A DNA stretch of 64,000 nucleotides, taken from Basidiobolus meristosporus CBS 931.73 (Eukaryota; Fungi; Basidiobolomycota). This document shows, piece after piece, positions 14,372 through 27,793 of this stretch (position 1 is the first letter of the stretch; the number at the start of each line of letters is the position of its first letter). A model generated the notes under the pieces. It worked only from the letters and a program-made list of their open reading frames with translations. It was not told where the DNA came from and did not search any database. Location of the stretch: NCBI GenBank assembly GCA_002104905.1, contig MCFE01000201.1, forward strand, positions 68,601 through 132,600, given 5' to 3'. The position numbers and the translations under genes were made by a program.

Positions 14372-15481
14372 TTATCTAAATTTCGAACCAAGTGATATTA
14401 AAAGGGCAGTTGTCAAAAAGCAGGCCGAGGCTTTCCCAGCGGAGCTCACTGGAGCGCTGATCTTCTCGTTTTCCTTATCATTAGGATCGCATTTCGGATC
14501 TTTACAAATGGGCTTTGTTGGCTTTCCTTCGCAAGTCTTCTCCATATACTCGGTGCCAGTGATTCTGATTCGATACGAGGATAGCTGTATGGGTAGATTC
14601 AGGTCGAAGTTCTTTGCCTCTAGCAGTCCGTACAAGTCATGAACTCTGTCAGATGAGGCAGGCCACACTTGATCAGGGAAGCAGCAAAGCAACTTCCAGC
14701 GGGTTTTTAGAAACCTGTCTAAATACTCAGCCTCATCCTTGTACGGACCAACCAGTTTGATAATGCTCCTCAGACTCATGCCGTTATCTGCTTCCCAACC
14801 ATGCTGAATAGCTGTATCGTAGAAGATAGCCTTTCCAAGATTGGACTTCACCCCCACATCCGCAGCCAGCCCCATCGCGGGCAGAAAATACATAGTATCT
14901 GCCAGTTTGTCCTGGGCACCCCGGAACTTCTCATCACACGACTCCAGCTTCCAGGCCTGGTCAAACCCGTTTAGACCAACAATATCGTTGTTTGCGCTGC
15001 CACAGTCAAGCCGATTGCTTACTCTCTCCAGCGCAGCGTTGAACGGGGAAAAACTGGTATTGGTGCCCTTGCTTTTCTCATAATCCTCCACTACTATTAA
15101 CGCGTCGCCAGTTCCAGTGGTGAACCCGATGCTTCCGCAAGTATAGCCTCGACCGTCACCAATATCTCGGCACTGGCCATACTCAATGGTGGTGGTTCCG
15201 TGTTCAAAGCTGTTTGTAATAACCTGGGCAATCCTCTTCGCAGTTTGCGGCATACTCGTCGCATATTTGGCATATATAGAATCATTGGTTGAATTCCTGG
15301 AGCATACGGTGGCAAGCATGTGCCTTCCAGCGAATAGTTGAAACCTTTGAAAAGTAAACAATTGGCAATTCGCACCTGTTATAGCAAATTCCCCTTTACA
15401 GTACTGGAAGGTTTCTTGGGCCGAGGTGGGCCGATACACAGTTGCGCAGCAGAAAAATGAGAGGAGGAAAAATCTACGCAT
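14372..15481 (-). CDS. GH46 chitosanase, intronless, with signal peptide and probable GPI signal
   Basis: Catalytic Glu in NSFEHG and Asp/Thr in DIGDGRGYTCGSIGFTTGTGD; also FRGAQD and AIFYDTAIQHG. Hydrophobic N and C termini. Confidence 0.92.
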   Translation of the reverse strand: MRRFFLLSFFCCATVYRPTSAQETFQYCKGEFAITGANCQLFTFQRFQLFAGRHMLATVCSRNSTNDSIYAKYATSMPQTAKRIAQVITNSFEHGTTTIEYGQCRDIGDGRGYTCGSIGFTTGTGDALIVVEDYEKSKGTNTSFSPFNAALERVSNRLDCGSANNDIVGLNGFDQAWKLESCDEKFRGAQDKLADTMYFLPAMGLAADVGVKSNLGKAIFYDTAIQHGWEADNGMSLRSIIKLVGPYKDEAEYLDRFLKTRWKLLCCFPDQVWPASSDRVHDLYGLLEAKNFDLNLPIQLSSYRIRITGTEYMEKTCEGKPTKPICKDPKCDPNDKENEKISAPVSSAGKASACFLTTALLISLGSKFR

Positions 15482-17249
15482 ATCTGATACAGGATCAAAA
15501 TCTCTCCTGCTAGTCGTCTATAGCTAAATCGTGTGAGGCGCTGAAGGCACCTTCTCGCTTATAAGCAACTCCAACGCATCCTCCGCCCCTGTAAGAGTAA
15601 AGTTACATCTGTGGATGCTAAATGAATCTAGATCTGGTTAATTAATCTTTCAATTTGAACTTCGGTTCCCCTTTATTTGAAAAGCAGTCGATTCAGCAAG
15701 GAATTGGATACTCGACACACGTCTGAGCTGCAGATTCAATGGCTAGATGATCTCAATAACGAAGTTGATTGTTGCTCGGCTATAATTCCCTATAATTAAT
15801 TGGAGCACTCCATCCTCTAAAATATGCTGGATTTCCCGAAAGTGGTGGAATGTTCGCTCGAGCAACTAGGAGACATCTCTTTTGTAGAATAGATACCAGG
15901 ATGATGTAGATCATCGCATGCCCCCCTCATGTGTGCACCCTACAATGGCATCAGCGAAAGGATCAGCATTCCTGACAAACCCTTTGTATCACCGGGGCCC
16001 CTACTTTGGCATTAGGAGGTCCGTGGATGCTAATCTCCTGATATCTAGTAGCCGCGAAGGATCAGGACAATCAGCTATACCGGTGAAACAGTTTCCAGTG
16101 GCACTTGAATACCGCACAATACAGGGAATACTCAATGCTTCCGGTTGATCAGTGTTTGCATGTAATTTCTCGAGTGAAACCCAAGAACATACTATTCCCC
16201 CATCTCCCATTACGGTTGTATGTGCCAGCCAAGTTTACCGAGTAGTTGTGCTTGTCAGCACGCTTTGTTGCTGGTGGCCTACATTTCCATGATTGGTATT
16301 TCCCATTGCCACAAGCGGCTGAAGGCCCAATTCCAAGTTATCCTACGAGATTAGCCGTGCCAGTATGGGAAAGCACACCCATGGCCCAAGGACCCCGAGT
16401 ACTATTGATCCGCGGTAGGTTGTATAGACTATATGCAGCATAGCTAACTCAGGTAGGATCGAGAAAAAGCATCTTGTCCCTTCCTTTGATAACATCCCCT
16501 TGTCTTGTTTTAATGAGGCCACAGCATCTATTCACTTCCATGCATGGCAATCATAGTCAACTACTTCATTCACTAAGAAGCAATCATTAGCCAACCAGAT
16601 GTAGGGTTAACAATAGTTTTTTTGGTTCACACTGGGCTGTTCACTTTCACACTACCAAGCCGACGTGTCAGGGACACGACCTCGAGGGTATAGATACATA
16701 ATTCAAATTTAAAGCAACTGAGAATGTTGCTTATCCGCAAGTCATACTTATGTATCCACTTTCTGATGCGGACTACCAATCGTCTAACGAGTCCCAAAAT
16801 GTGCCATCAAAATAGATAATAGAATCTAGATTGCAAGTACAGCTACATCAAATGCCTGTATTTGATATGCCACAGCCACAGAGGCTAATACAACAAGAAT
16901 TCCCATTAAAAGTGGTGTCTCTTGGAAAATTAGGCATTCTATGCTGCTTTTGTGTGATTAATCGACTCATCAAACAAAGTGACAAAGCCCTTGATTGTAG
17001 TCGACTAGTCTACAGCTTCCTGAAATATGGCATATCGTTTACAGATAGATTTCAATAGACTCTTGAATCTTTAATGTATTGAATTCACCATACGTGTCTT
17101 CCAAGTTATTATCGAATTTGATTTTGGGCTGCTGTTACACACCTCCGTACTTAATAGCATAGATTTCTTTATGGACCCACTATGGCTGCCAGGAATACTC
17201 TCATCAAACAACCTGGTATACTAACCTGACCTCACCAGCGTCATTCCAT

Positions 17250-19503
17250 ATGTTGCATGAATTACTGTTAGTACTTTCCGGTCATCCAGGAGACATCTTC
17301 GTTTTGCAAACGTCTCATTCGTCAGCCACTCCGACTTTCCGTATACCGGAGGACTTCAGTTTTTTACACCCCTCCGAGAAAGGTGCTCTACAAGAGCTGT
17401 CACAGCTTGGGGGTTGGTACAAGCGAATTACCACGTTTCTCGAGAAGTACAAAAGTAAAGAATGGACAAGAAGTTCACCGAGGGCGAGGCTACCTCACGG
17501 CGCTTACTTTCAGGGCTTTTGCCAGGGAGTACGGCAATCATTGAGGGGATATGAGCATACAATCGTTAAACTGGAGGCTTGTCTCTTAGAGAAACAACCC
17601 TCGCAAACCCCCTTGAGCCTTGTCTTTTCTTGGTTCTCCCCGTACTTCCTCATTCTCCCTCACTTGGAAAATCTGATCACCCTAATCGAGCAGAAGCCTG
17701 AACTCTACCATGGTGGGCGTTTGCTATCACTCATAGTATCTAAAAGTGAGTCAGGGGTGGCAGTGATCAGGGACACCATGCTGGCACTAACTCAGCACGT
17801 AAGAAAGGTCTTCTATCAGCAAATCACTTCGTGGATTGTCTACGGCTCACTTGAAGATCCTTGTGGCGAGTTTTTCGTCAATTTTGTTGCCACATCAACG
17901 GATATCAATGAAACCAGCTATTCACTGCTGGAGGAGGAGAACCTTCCCTCTGGACAACTATTCGTTCTCGATATCAAACAGATACCAGAATTCATTCCGA
18001 TCAAAGTGGCAAATTCCATCTTGTTCGTGGGGCAATCAGTATATACCATTCGCATGTCCAATACCAATGGTAACCATGCATTACCCCCCTCGCTTACCTC
18101 GAAACATTTGAGGATGCTTCTGGAGCTGAGCGAGGCCTCGATCTATCGTGGGATCGAGCTCGAGTCGGTGGTATTGGAGATGCGTCGAGATGTATCCGAA
18201 TGGCTATGGAAAGTGGTGCTGGTTGGGGAAAAGACTCTGGTTTGCCTGGACGTCTTCAGAAAATTCTTTCTGCTAGGCAGTGGAGACTACTTTTTGCAGT
18301 TGATTGACGCCTTTGAGGCACTGCGGACCCTCCGTCACAGGGAGATGCGTCGACATGTTATCAAGGAGCAGGAGCTCAATGCGTTGATGATCCAATCATC
18401 AGTTGGTACATCCGTGGAGGACGACGCTGCTTTGGAGAAGCTTGCCTTCAAAATTACCCTCGCTTCGGCCAAATCTGGGTATGAATCCAACCCTGAAAAG
18501 CTGAGCGAGACGCATAATCCAGGAGATTTCTATAATGACCTGCTCTTGGGATCTCGAATTGAGCTTGACTACTCGATTGTATGGCCGATGAACCTCATCT
18601 TCAGCGAGGTCGAGATTGAACGGTACAACGCTCTCATGAGCTTTCTGCTCGTGTTAAGGCGCACTCATAACCGCCTACAAAAAGCCTGGATGTTGGGAAA
18701 CGCTACACGTCGCCAGGATCTTCGTTGGCAACAGAAGGGAAACCTGCATGACGACAGCCATTTAGATCTCAGGGAGATGGCTCACGATGAGAGAATGTGG
18801 ATTTTGAGGACCAGGATGCTTCACTTTGTCGATGCCCTATGGTCGCATGTTCAGGTAGTCTCATGTACACTAATACAGGTCTGGCCCTAATTCGTCTAAC
18901 GTAGCTTCGAGCTAGACGGACACTATCGAGATCTGCTGCGACGATTTTTCTGAGTTGATACGGGCCACAGCGCTGACCGAGCCGGGGGAACTTGCTGTCG
19001 AAGGTCGTAAGAGCCTGAGTAAATCACTGCATGATTTCGAGGACATCCGTTCGGCCCACGCGCTCCATCTGGACCATCTCTTTGCGGGATGTCTTCTGTT
19101 CTATCGCCCACTTAGCCTGTCCCTAAGAAAGATTTTCATCGCATGTGACACGTTTTGTAATCAACTCGAGAAAGGCCTCTCATCGGACTTCAAGATGTTT
19201 CAGCGTAAGCAGAATGAGCACCCCATTGGCCAAATCGAGCAGGTACTGTTGATGCATGTAGGAGCTGCCTTCCTTCCTGGACTAACAACTGTCGGGCATT
19301 TGAAACATTAGGAGTTCACCGAGCAAAGCGAAATCTTCTTCAGAACTGTGACGGACATGAATCGACAGGGTGGGACCAACACTGGCCCAGCCCGACACCT
19401 TGACCAACTGTTACTCCGTTTGGACTTCAACAACACCTATTCAAAAGTGAGGGCCCCCCTTGACGATACTCAGTCTAGTGAAAATGGTGCCGATGAGCCA
19501 TAG
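17250..19503 (+). CDS. TUBGCP4: Gamma-tubulin complex component GCP4 (Spc97/98 GRIP domains)
   Basis: N-terminal MLHELLLVLSGHPGDIF, FRKFFLLGSGDYF, LDYSIVWPMNLIF, YNALMSFLLVLRR, and C-terminal HLDQLLLRLDFN. Three introns near the 3' end. Confidence 0.87.
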
Positions 19504-20204
19504 GCCAAGTGTGACTTGTTCAATTCTGACAGACCCAAGTTGATGTACATGTTTGTGTGCGCGTAGGAAAAACCCGAATAACCCAAATAACAAACCCCTA
19601 ACAAGCCATACATATTAGGCATATTATTGAGGCCAACTGCAAAGTAGTCATGAATCATATCAAATGGCTATTGAACAGCTCGTGAGGATCTCATGGCATT
19701 CGGGACCTCCCACTTGAAGCCTTGATATCCACTTCGATGGGTATTGGTGGAGATCGCGGTGTGTTTTCATATTAATTAACCTCATGCAAGGTTTGTACAT
19801 GATCGACATGATTTAAAGTCTTGTCACATTTCTACGCTAACCATCTATGTTGACGAATCAAGCATGCCATGCCTCATGCACCTAAGCAGTGAACCAAATG
19901 GAAGTAGCATTCCACCGGGTGAGTACCCGAATTTGGATTTTGCATTCGAGTTCCCAAGAACGAGACTGTAATATCCATGCATGGCAACATGGAGTGCTGA
20001 TTGCTGCTCAGTACGAAGCGCAAACAGGTTTTGCATAGTCCGGCCATGCAGCTCGTAGTGTTTGGTACAGCGGCTACTTCTCGGGTCCGTACTCCCCTAG
20101 ACAAACCTTTAAAAACGACCTTCGGCCACCACTAAAAGACAAAAAGCCTCCAATTCCCAACATATTTGCCTCGATAGTTTAGCATTTACATCTGTAGTCG
20201 AACA

Positions 20205-20919
20205 ATGAATTACAAAGGTATCACTTTCATCTGCCTCCTAATAGCAGTGCAGTTCCTGGGCTACACACAAGCTCAAAGCCAAGATGCAGACAGATCAGAA
20301 TGGAGATGTGGCAATGGCAACGAATGTCCTGCCGGTAGTTGTTGCTCGGTCTGGGGATGGTAAGCATGATCACTGGAAGCAACTCCCATTGTTCACAGCA
20401 CCTGAATCTCACAAAAACCTCTTCGTTATCTGTAGGTGTGGTAGAAGCGAGACACATTGTACAGTCGAATGCAAATCACAGTGCAAAAACAATGTTGGTG
20501 GACTATCACCTAGTGCTACCTCGGACATGACTCAAGGTGAACAGAAGGCCACTTTCTCCAGCAGCTCTCCCACTGGAAGCAGCCAGGTAAGTGACTCGGC
20601 AAAGGAAACCGATGTGTCAAGTATGAGCTCTGGCATGACAACCCCTGCCTCAGCTAATACTGCAAGCCCTACTGGCAGCCTTACTGGCAGCCCATCTGGC
20701 AGCCCATCTGCAAAGGCTACCAGCCTCACCAACTCCGGAATGAAGACTACCAATGCCCCAACAACCACCACCCCGTCAGTTTCTGGTAGTACCAACAAGC
20801 CAGGAGCAAGCACTGTCTCTACCTCAAGCGCGGTCAGTATTCTGACCAGCCCATACGAATACCAGGTACTCGTTATCTCGGCCATTCTATGCGCCCTTTC
20901 CAGTAGATACACCATGTAG
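20205..20919 (+). CDS. Secreted hevein-type chitin-binding (CBM18) protein with Ser/Thr stalk and probable GPI signal
   Basis: Signal peptide MNYKGITFICLLIAVQFLGYTQA. Splicing 20360-20435 gives CGNGNECPAGSCCSVWGWCGRSETHCTVECKSQC (8 Cys, CCSxWGWCG). Long S/T tract and hydrophobic C terminus. Confidence 0.87.
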
Positions 20920-22869
20920 ATTGATTCATAGAAAGGCCTTGAGCTCCTGTGGCTCAATATTATTCCCCCCGGAGGCATCGCGCATCCGTCGATTATGAAT
21001 AGCGTTTATCTCTTCTTTTTATATCCAGAGTATAGCCAATCTGAATTTAGGAAACCTACATATTGATAAAGGAAAATTTGTGAAAAATAAGTCACATTGT
21101 TGCAACCAAGACAACCAGCATACTGCCGAGAAATCCTAAGCCATCCTGAATGATATTGATTTCAACACTGATTGATCCCCCATAATGTTGAACGATCTGG
21201 TTGGAGGATGCCTATGAATATTGGCAAGCGCTTGATACTATACAACTCTGCTGGGTGAGTTCCACACGTTCATCGGCTGCAGGTCGCCTATCCAGGATGT
21301 TGTTTGCTCACACTCGATGGACAAATGCAGTGGGCAGCCGAGGAACTTTCGGCCGGAGAAAGCGTGGAAGCCCCACGATGTTAGCATGTTCAGCTATCAC
21401 AAAACTTCAGGTTGGTGGGTGGAGGATATAGCGTCGCTTCAATAGGCTGGGACAAACGGCGATCGAGTATGTCGCCAGACTGGCCCTGTGTCTATCTGAT
21501 GTATACCCGCCGGCCGTAAACCTGGCAACTGGTCCCGATTACAGGTCGCATTGCTGGTGTAGCGCATGGGGCTATGCTTTTGCACGTAGATGAAGCTACT
21601 TTGACTCCGTTGTAATACCCTACTTCAGCCCAATGGGACTGAGCCACTTTACGCTATCTGGGAGACATCTCGTCTCCTGGCTTTAATCGCTGCTGTGATC
21701 ATGCTAGATAAGATCTTCAGCGACTCGCCTAGCCTGGCCAATAAGCATACCGTTTCTACTCACTCAATTTGTTTCATCTAGAGTACCCAGCATGACCAGT
21801 GGAAGACGTGGAGAGTATGCCACTTGACTACTCACCGGGCCAATCTCTGCACCCTCTTGCCTGCTGGGGTAGGCGATCTCGATAATGGAATAGTAACATT
21901 ATTGACTGCGGGACGTTTGACGAAGCAATGGTCCATCTGAGGATCAGCAATGATTGGCTGGTGGGTGTCTTCGTGGATCCCATTTTAAATGGATTGATTA
22001 ATCAGGATGACACATTGCGGAATGAGTGCCGTTCAGATGCAAATACCTGGTATATGTTGATGATTGTGCGCCCAGATTCGTTTGGAATTTACACCAATTT
22101 GAAAGGTCAGCATCAGTTGTGCTGGGATTGCTTGCAGCTGCATCCGGATGGCTCAATCCTTTCAATTTGCTCACCACCAAAGTTGGATTTAACTCCAGCG
22201 AATATCCCTGAAGCTCGCGAATCACCATTGGCCTCCTTATTCGTTCACTCTCAGTTTAAGATTGGGATTCAGGATCTAAGGTGACTGAGCTGTTGAATCT
22301 TTTGGTTCGTTGATACCGTGTGGGTTTGGTGGTTCAACAGCGGATTATTGGACTGCAATTTTCAGAAACGCGTCACTTGACGAATCACCTGATGAGAAAT
22401 GCATTCTGCTTATCTTCCCATTATTCAGTCCCTATCCTCTGATTACAGCTCAGTTTTCGTTATTTAGACGTTGTCTTAAGGGTATCAACAACTCTTCAGG
22501 AATAAACACTCGCAAGGCTTCTCGAACTTGCATGGCTCAGCCCAGTCTCAATATCCTTGTATTTCCAACTCTATAACTATAAGCATCGTTCTCTGTCTCC
22601 TTCGATTCCACCCCTGTTCTTCATAACCTTTGTCGTAAGCTTATTTTGCAGGAACTTCCTTGATTGAAAAGCTCCCTGTACTCTAAACAACAGCCAATTT
22701 CCGGGTTCTCTTTACCCCCTACTTGACTACTTGGTCTCCCCTTTGGCTACCTTCACACCAGATATAGCTGAGTCATCAGAGCTGCAGGTGTGAATCCCTC
22801 CACTCTCCTTGTCCAACAAACCTCGTCTCCACCACATCGTATCTTTCTTTTCCGTCACTTCAGCTCTCT

Positions 22870-24150
22870 ATGTCAGGACGCCCTAATTCTCACGAAATGC
22901 CAGGAAATAGTTACACCAACAAACGTGAGCGCTTTACAAATGAGCTAGATTTGGAGGAATTCGCTCAAGAATGGTCCAGCGGTTGTGCTACTCCAGTTAG
23001 CATCACTAGTATGTTCGTTCCTATGCTTTGGGAGGTTCTATAACGCTAATCTTACATGTATATCAGATTCATGGGTTCAGATATCCAGTCGAGAGATGTC
23101 TTCAGCCTCTGAGGGCGAAGAAGAAGAAATCGAGGAGGAAGTTGAAGATAACCAAAACCGCCGTCGAATCCATATCGGACTCGAAGAGACTCTTCTAAAG
23201 GCTAGGTACGTGTTTATCCTGATAGGAATATGATTCTAGAGTGTTATCTGATTTTACGTTCTCTCTCTAGTCTACACTCGCTACTCGCCACAACCTCCAC
23301 CCCCCGTGTTCAGAAGAAATCCAAAAAACGCCGCAATCATGGCACACCTCTGTCTACCTCAGTTGCAACCTCTCTTCCACAAAGTTCACATATCACCGGC
23401 TCCCCTCCTCTCCGGCCCCTACCCTCTAGCCACCCGCACTCACCCCCAACTGGACGGATACACAATATGCTGTTAAACAATGAATCGGATGCTTTCAGAC
23501 ATCCCATCGAGCGAACGGCGAGCAGAACATCTCTTTGCATGGACGAGAATATACCTCAGGCGGTGCTACTTGATGAGCGTGAATTCGAGGAAGCGATTTC
23601 ATACAACATCATTGACTCTGGGCATACGCATCGCCCGATGGAAAGAGACTCTGGATTACCGCGTGTTCAAATCACCAAGCCTGGATCTCCGCCCGCGCTG
23701 TCGTTGAATTGGAACCGAGCCAGATCTCTAACCCCACCGCCGTTGTCAGTCGACACAATCCCCTCCACCGGCTCGATAGATAGCAATGCCGAGAGGCCTT
23801 TGCGACGAAGAAGGCGGGAGATCTCTCCGCCCAAGCACAAATCCAAAAACCGACAAAGCGGGAAGAAGCAAGCGGAAGAAAAGGCGGAGTATAAGCACAA
23901 AAGGTACGTCGAGTTAGCATCGCACACTACAGGGGCAGCGATAACTGAATCTCTGCTAGGAACGACGAGATCACAATACAGCTGTGGATGGCCGCATTGG
24001 TTTCGGTCGCATTGTTCGGGACTGGATTCTCCATTGGATTTGGAACAGGGTGCGTACATTCGCCGTTCTCTAACCAACTCTGAATGCTAACCCGCGAGAT
24101 TTCATTCTAGATACTATATGCGCTATACCCGGTTCTATGCTACTTCATGA
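22870..24150 (+). CDS. Uncharacterised tail-anchored protein with N-terminal LIR/AIM-like motif
   Basis: Five exons joined in phase (22870-22981, 23067-23206, 23271-23903, 23960-24049, 24111-24150). DSWVQI followed by an acidic tract, a disordered middle, and C-terminal TM LWMAALVSVALFGTGFSIGFGTGYYM with a short basic tail. Confidence 0.7.
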
Positions 24151-24718
24151 CAATTTGGTCAGGAAACGGCATGCGTCAAAGTCTTGCGCAACACCATCTT
24201 TACGAAATCAGTCATACCAACTCTGCACAAGAAATAGGCATTGGAAATGTAGTTTTGCTCACAAACCCCCATGCGTCTACGTGGGGGAAGCGAACCCACC
24301 CTGTAGTTTATCTTGAACTTGACCAATATTTTATGTTTACGCCCTGTATGTTTAGTTTCTCCTCATTGCACTTTTGTTTATCTTGTCTCGACTGGCTTCT
24401 CTCCAAGTGTGCCTTGGCCATTAGCGAGATTTCTACACGGCCAACGAGGAACATCGCCCTTTGGGGCTACGTGATTATCGGGATTTTTCCATTTATTTGC
24501 TTGTAAACTTGTCTATTTCTCATGTTCCATTGATCTGCACATATTGGCGATCTATGATGGAAAACATTAAATCCACTCTAAAACTATCGAATTCCAAAAT
24601 TAACCATCTCCATCTCCGTCCCCCGTTGGCTTCCGGGATTTCCCCCAGCGGATATTATTATTTGTACATTGGGACACTCTGGCTTCGCGAATGAGCCCAT
24701 TTGGGTTGTCCATGTAGC

Positions 24719-25547
24719 TTACAGTGCTTCAACCGGCTTTTCAGGCGGCGTTTCCTTGCCGACCATCCAGTTGGGATCCACTTTGGACACTTTGGAAGCC
24801 GCAGCAGCCATAAGCTGGTCAAAGGCAGGCGTCCCCTCCTATTCGCATGAGTCAATAAAAACAGCAAGCAATAAACACGAACAGAAATCATCCCACCTTG
24901 ATCCCTACGGCAGTAACTCGAGTGACTCCCAAAGCCAAAGCAAGCGCTTGCTCAGCGTTTTTGCCCAGAGGGAAGATCACGACACCAGCTTGCGCAGCAA
25001 GCATCAACAGATGGTTCACCAATATTGAGGGGTGTACATCGGCTTTGCAAACAAACACCATTCTGAGCCCGGCCCTAGCTTGGACAATGTCCTGGGTATT
25101 GGAGGGGCTCAGGGATTTGAGGGCGTACTCCAAACACTTGGTCACCTCCCTTAGGCCGAACACAATACCATCTATCTGCTTGGGTTTGGCGTTGGGTCTA
25201 GGCGTCACGGGGGCTTCGGGCACGAACTTTCGCTTGGAGGCTTTTGGCGTGCAACTGCCAGCGTTCTTCTCTGGTAATGGTTTGGAGTTGGCGACAAGCT
25301 GAGCCCGGCGAAACTCCCCTACCGGTGAGAATAAAGCTAGCGCCATCTCCAGTATCTCGGCCTGCTCCTGAGCCGGTACGAACGGCCAGCGTATATCAAA
25401 GGGAGAATCTAGCGAGCCTTTGAACGCGGTCCGTTTTCTTTTGTTAACGTTTCTTATGGCGCTGTTGGCGTGCGCGATAGACGGGGTATTCATCCCTCCA
25501 GAGCCCCGTGGAGTCTGAAAGTGAGAGCTCTTGGGAGTAGAACTCAT
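24719..25547 (-). CDS. POP3: RNase P/MRP subunit Pop3/Rpp38-like (L7Ae fold)
   Basis: FKGSLDSPFDIRWP, IVFGLREVTKCLE, MVFVCKADVHPSILVNHLLMLA, EQALALALGVTRVTAVGIK. The last exon reads EGTPAFDQLMAAAASKVSKVDPNW. Confidence 0.75.
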
Positions 25548-27793
25548 ACGGTTTTGCCAAAATAAAAGACAGAAAACATAATACAGAATAAGGAATATAT
25601 GTACTCTTAAGGTTGCTCCACTTTTTTTCATCTCCATCGGTGTTGCCCGATTTACATTGGAAATTCGCTTATCCAAACGCAACACGACCATACCTCGGTT
25701 ATATCTTGATTAAATTGATGGAACGCTTGGCACCCATTGGCCAATACAGGATACGCTTCAGGCCTTGGGGATGAAGCGCATTCCAAAAGACTCAGTGGAA
25801 CGTCGAGTATGGGTATCTTTGGCAACTCCCATCTTACATTCGTGCAGCGGCTTCTATTGAGTGGTATTCCCAGCAAGCTCGTCGATATGTAATTCATTGC
25901 TTTCTCCACCCCTAGATTCCCCTCATTTGGTGAAATTGTACTATTTGATTTGATATACCCTCTCTGCATAGTGCATTGGTAGTTTACAACAGATTAATTC
26001 CGTACGGCGAAGTCGCATCATGTAAATACGCTCAATTACCACCACGCTATCCCCGTGACCCCGGATATGCCCATGACGCCTGGCCTCCAATAGTTACTCT
26101 TGCTCCCAATCACTGGCTTTACATCGAATGCACTGGGATGGAAGTACTTATGCTTTACATTCGTCCAAGGGGTTCGATTGTTATGTGAATCCGGTAGCTT
26201 GCGATTGCTATGCAACGGCCATTGGCGCCGTCAATTAAGATGGGCCAAAGTACTATCCCGAAAGGAATCTGAAGAGATAAACAATCGTATGGGTGGATGT
26301 GCAAATTCTAAGCCATATACTTTACTTCACATGAAAAGCTCTTCGATACTCAACCGACGTAAAGGCGCCCAGTAAAGCTTCAGATCCGGAGCAGTTCATT
26401 CGTGCCGCTCTCCCTTGTAGCGCAACCCTAGACATGTCATGTTCTCTCGTTCCTCACCAACCAAGAGGCTGATTTGACTTCTGTTGCACCAACACACTGG
26501 AGAACTGGCCTCAGAAATCGTAGATGTAATATTGAAGGGCCCAAATTAGCAAGATTGTCTATCATACCTGCCCTAAGCTAGTGTAGACAAAGTGTGCGTC
26601 CTCTGACCACCAGTTAATCTTGGGCCATTTATTCTGTGAGATTGTGGCACAGCCTATCAATGTTATACCGAATTTGATGGGGTTAGCCTCCTCTCGTGCT
26701 ACACTGGGCCCCCGTCGGATTGCCACAAGAGATATATATATCTGGCGATGCGGCCACCACATGGATTGTAAATCAGATCTATCTACCACTCTATCCTCGT
26801 CAACCGTCACCGTACATCATTACCGGAAGCACTTGGTTTACATGGCGTTTAATAACTCGACGAGGAACGCTCAAGGTGATGGCGAGGGAAGGAGGGCGAG
26901 CCTAAGTTGCGGTCCACTAGTTTCGCACCGACTGTTAACTCAGCTTGTTTTATCAAAGGCTCAGAATCAACAAACTCCCGTCGTAATTAGGCCAGACGAG
27001 TGCTCAAGATATCGGATATTAACAGATGTGAAACGAGTGGTGATGTGATGTTATCTGTGCAGTAATGCTGTGCTTCGGGAGGCTTTGGGCCCATTCGTAG
27101 AATACCGAAGTTTCCGGTAACAAGGAAGCAAATTGTTCGGTGATAAGACGCATGGCAGAGATTAGGTACAATAATATGCACGAAGAAGTTTGAAGCCTCT
27201 CAACCACAGCATTACGAGTGTGCTGGATGTGAGATCACAACAGCCGAACTGAATAGGAGCCTCATTCATCCCCTTTCGGAGTCGCTGATATCGTCACAAC
27301 TGAATGAACGTGGGTGATTCGTGCAGGTTAGGAGAAATACGGAGAAGCGGCATTCTTCATATGTCCGCTTGAGGCCCATCATCCCACCAAGGACTGGCAA
27401 GCCAGTAATCTCTCCACGTGGGCTCTTCAGCGCTTTCTCTTCATTCGGTGTTTTGTTGCTCCCTCCCAGGATCCGACATGCTGATCACCACACATGGCCT
27501 GGAATCCAATGCTGATTTGTCCAATGTGGGATTACGGGGAAGCAGTGAGTAGGAGTAACTGAAACAAACAGGTATATTCTCGACAAGATAGGAATGGCAC
27601 GCTTGACACGATTTGACGAAATTTCCAGTTATTTGATGCCACCCTTGGCCGTACATGTGGGTTATAAGCAATCCGCATCGCAGGCTGCTCTTCTTCGAAA
27701 CGGTGTCCCAAGACTTAGCGCCACTTTCCTCAGCAGAGCATGATAGAGTGTTGAATCCATTCTTGCCACTCCGATCTTTGAACAAGTGCATTT

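Noticed and set aside
21200-22600. ORFs of 60-118 aa, including a GRF-zinc-finger-like SGRKFLGCP patch
   Set aside because: Too short a match, the frames are broken and there is no consistent gene model.
24147-24694. ORFs downstream of the tail-anchored gene that look like extra TM exons
   Set aside because: The in-phase splice model ends at TGA 24150; the remaining ORFs lack support.
25650-27790. Cluster of short ORFs, e.g. 27019-27207
   Set aside because: No motif or splice-consistent model recognised.
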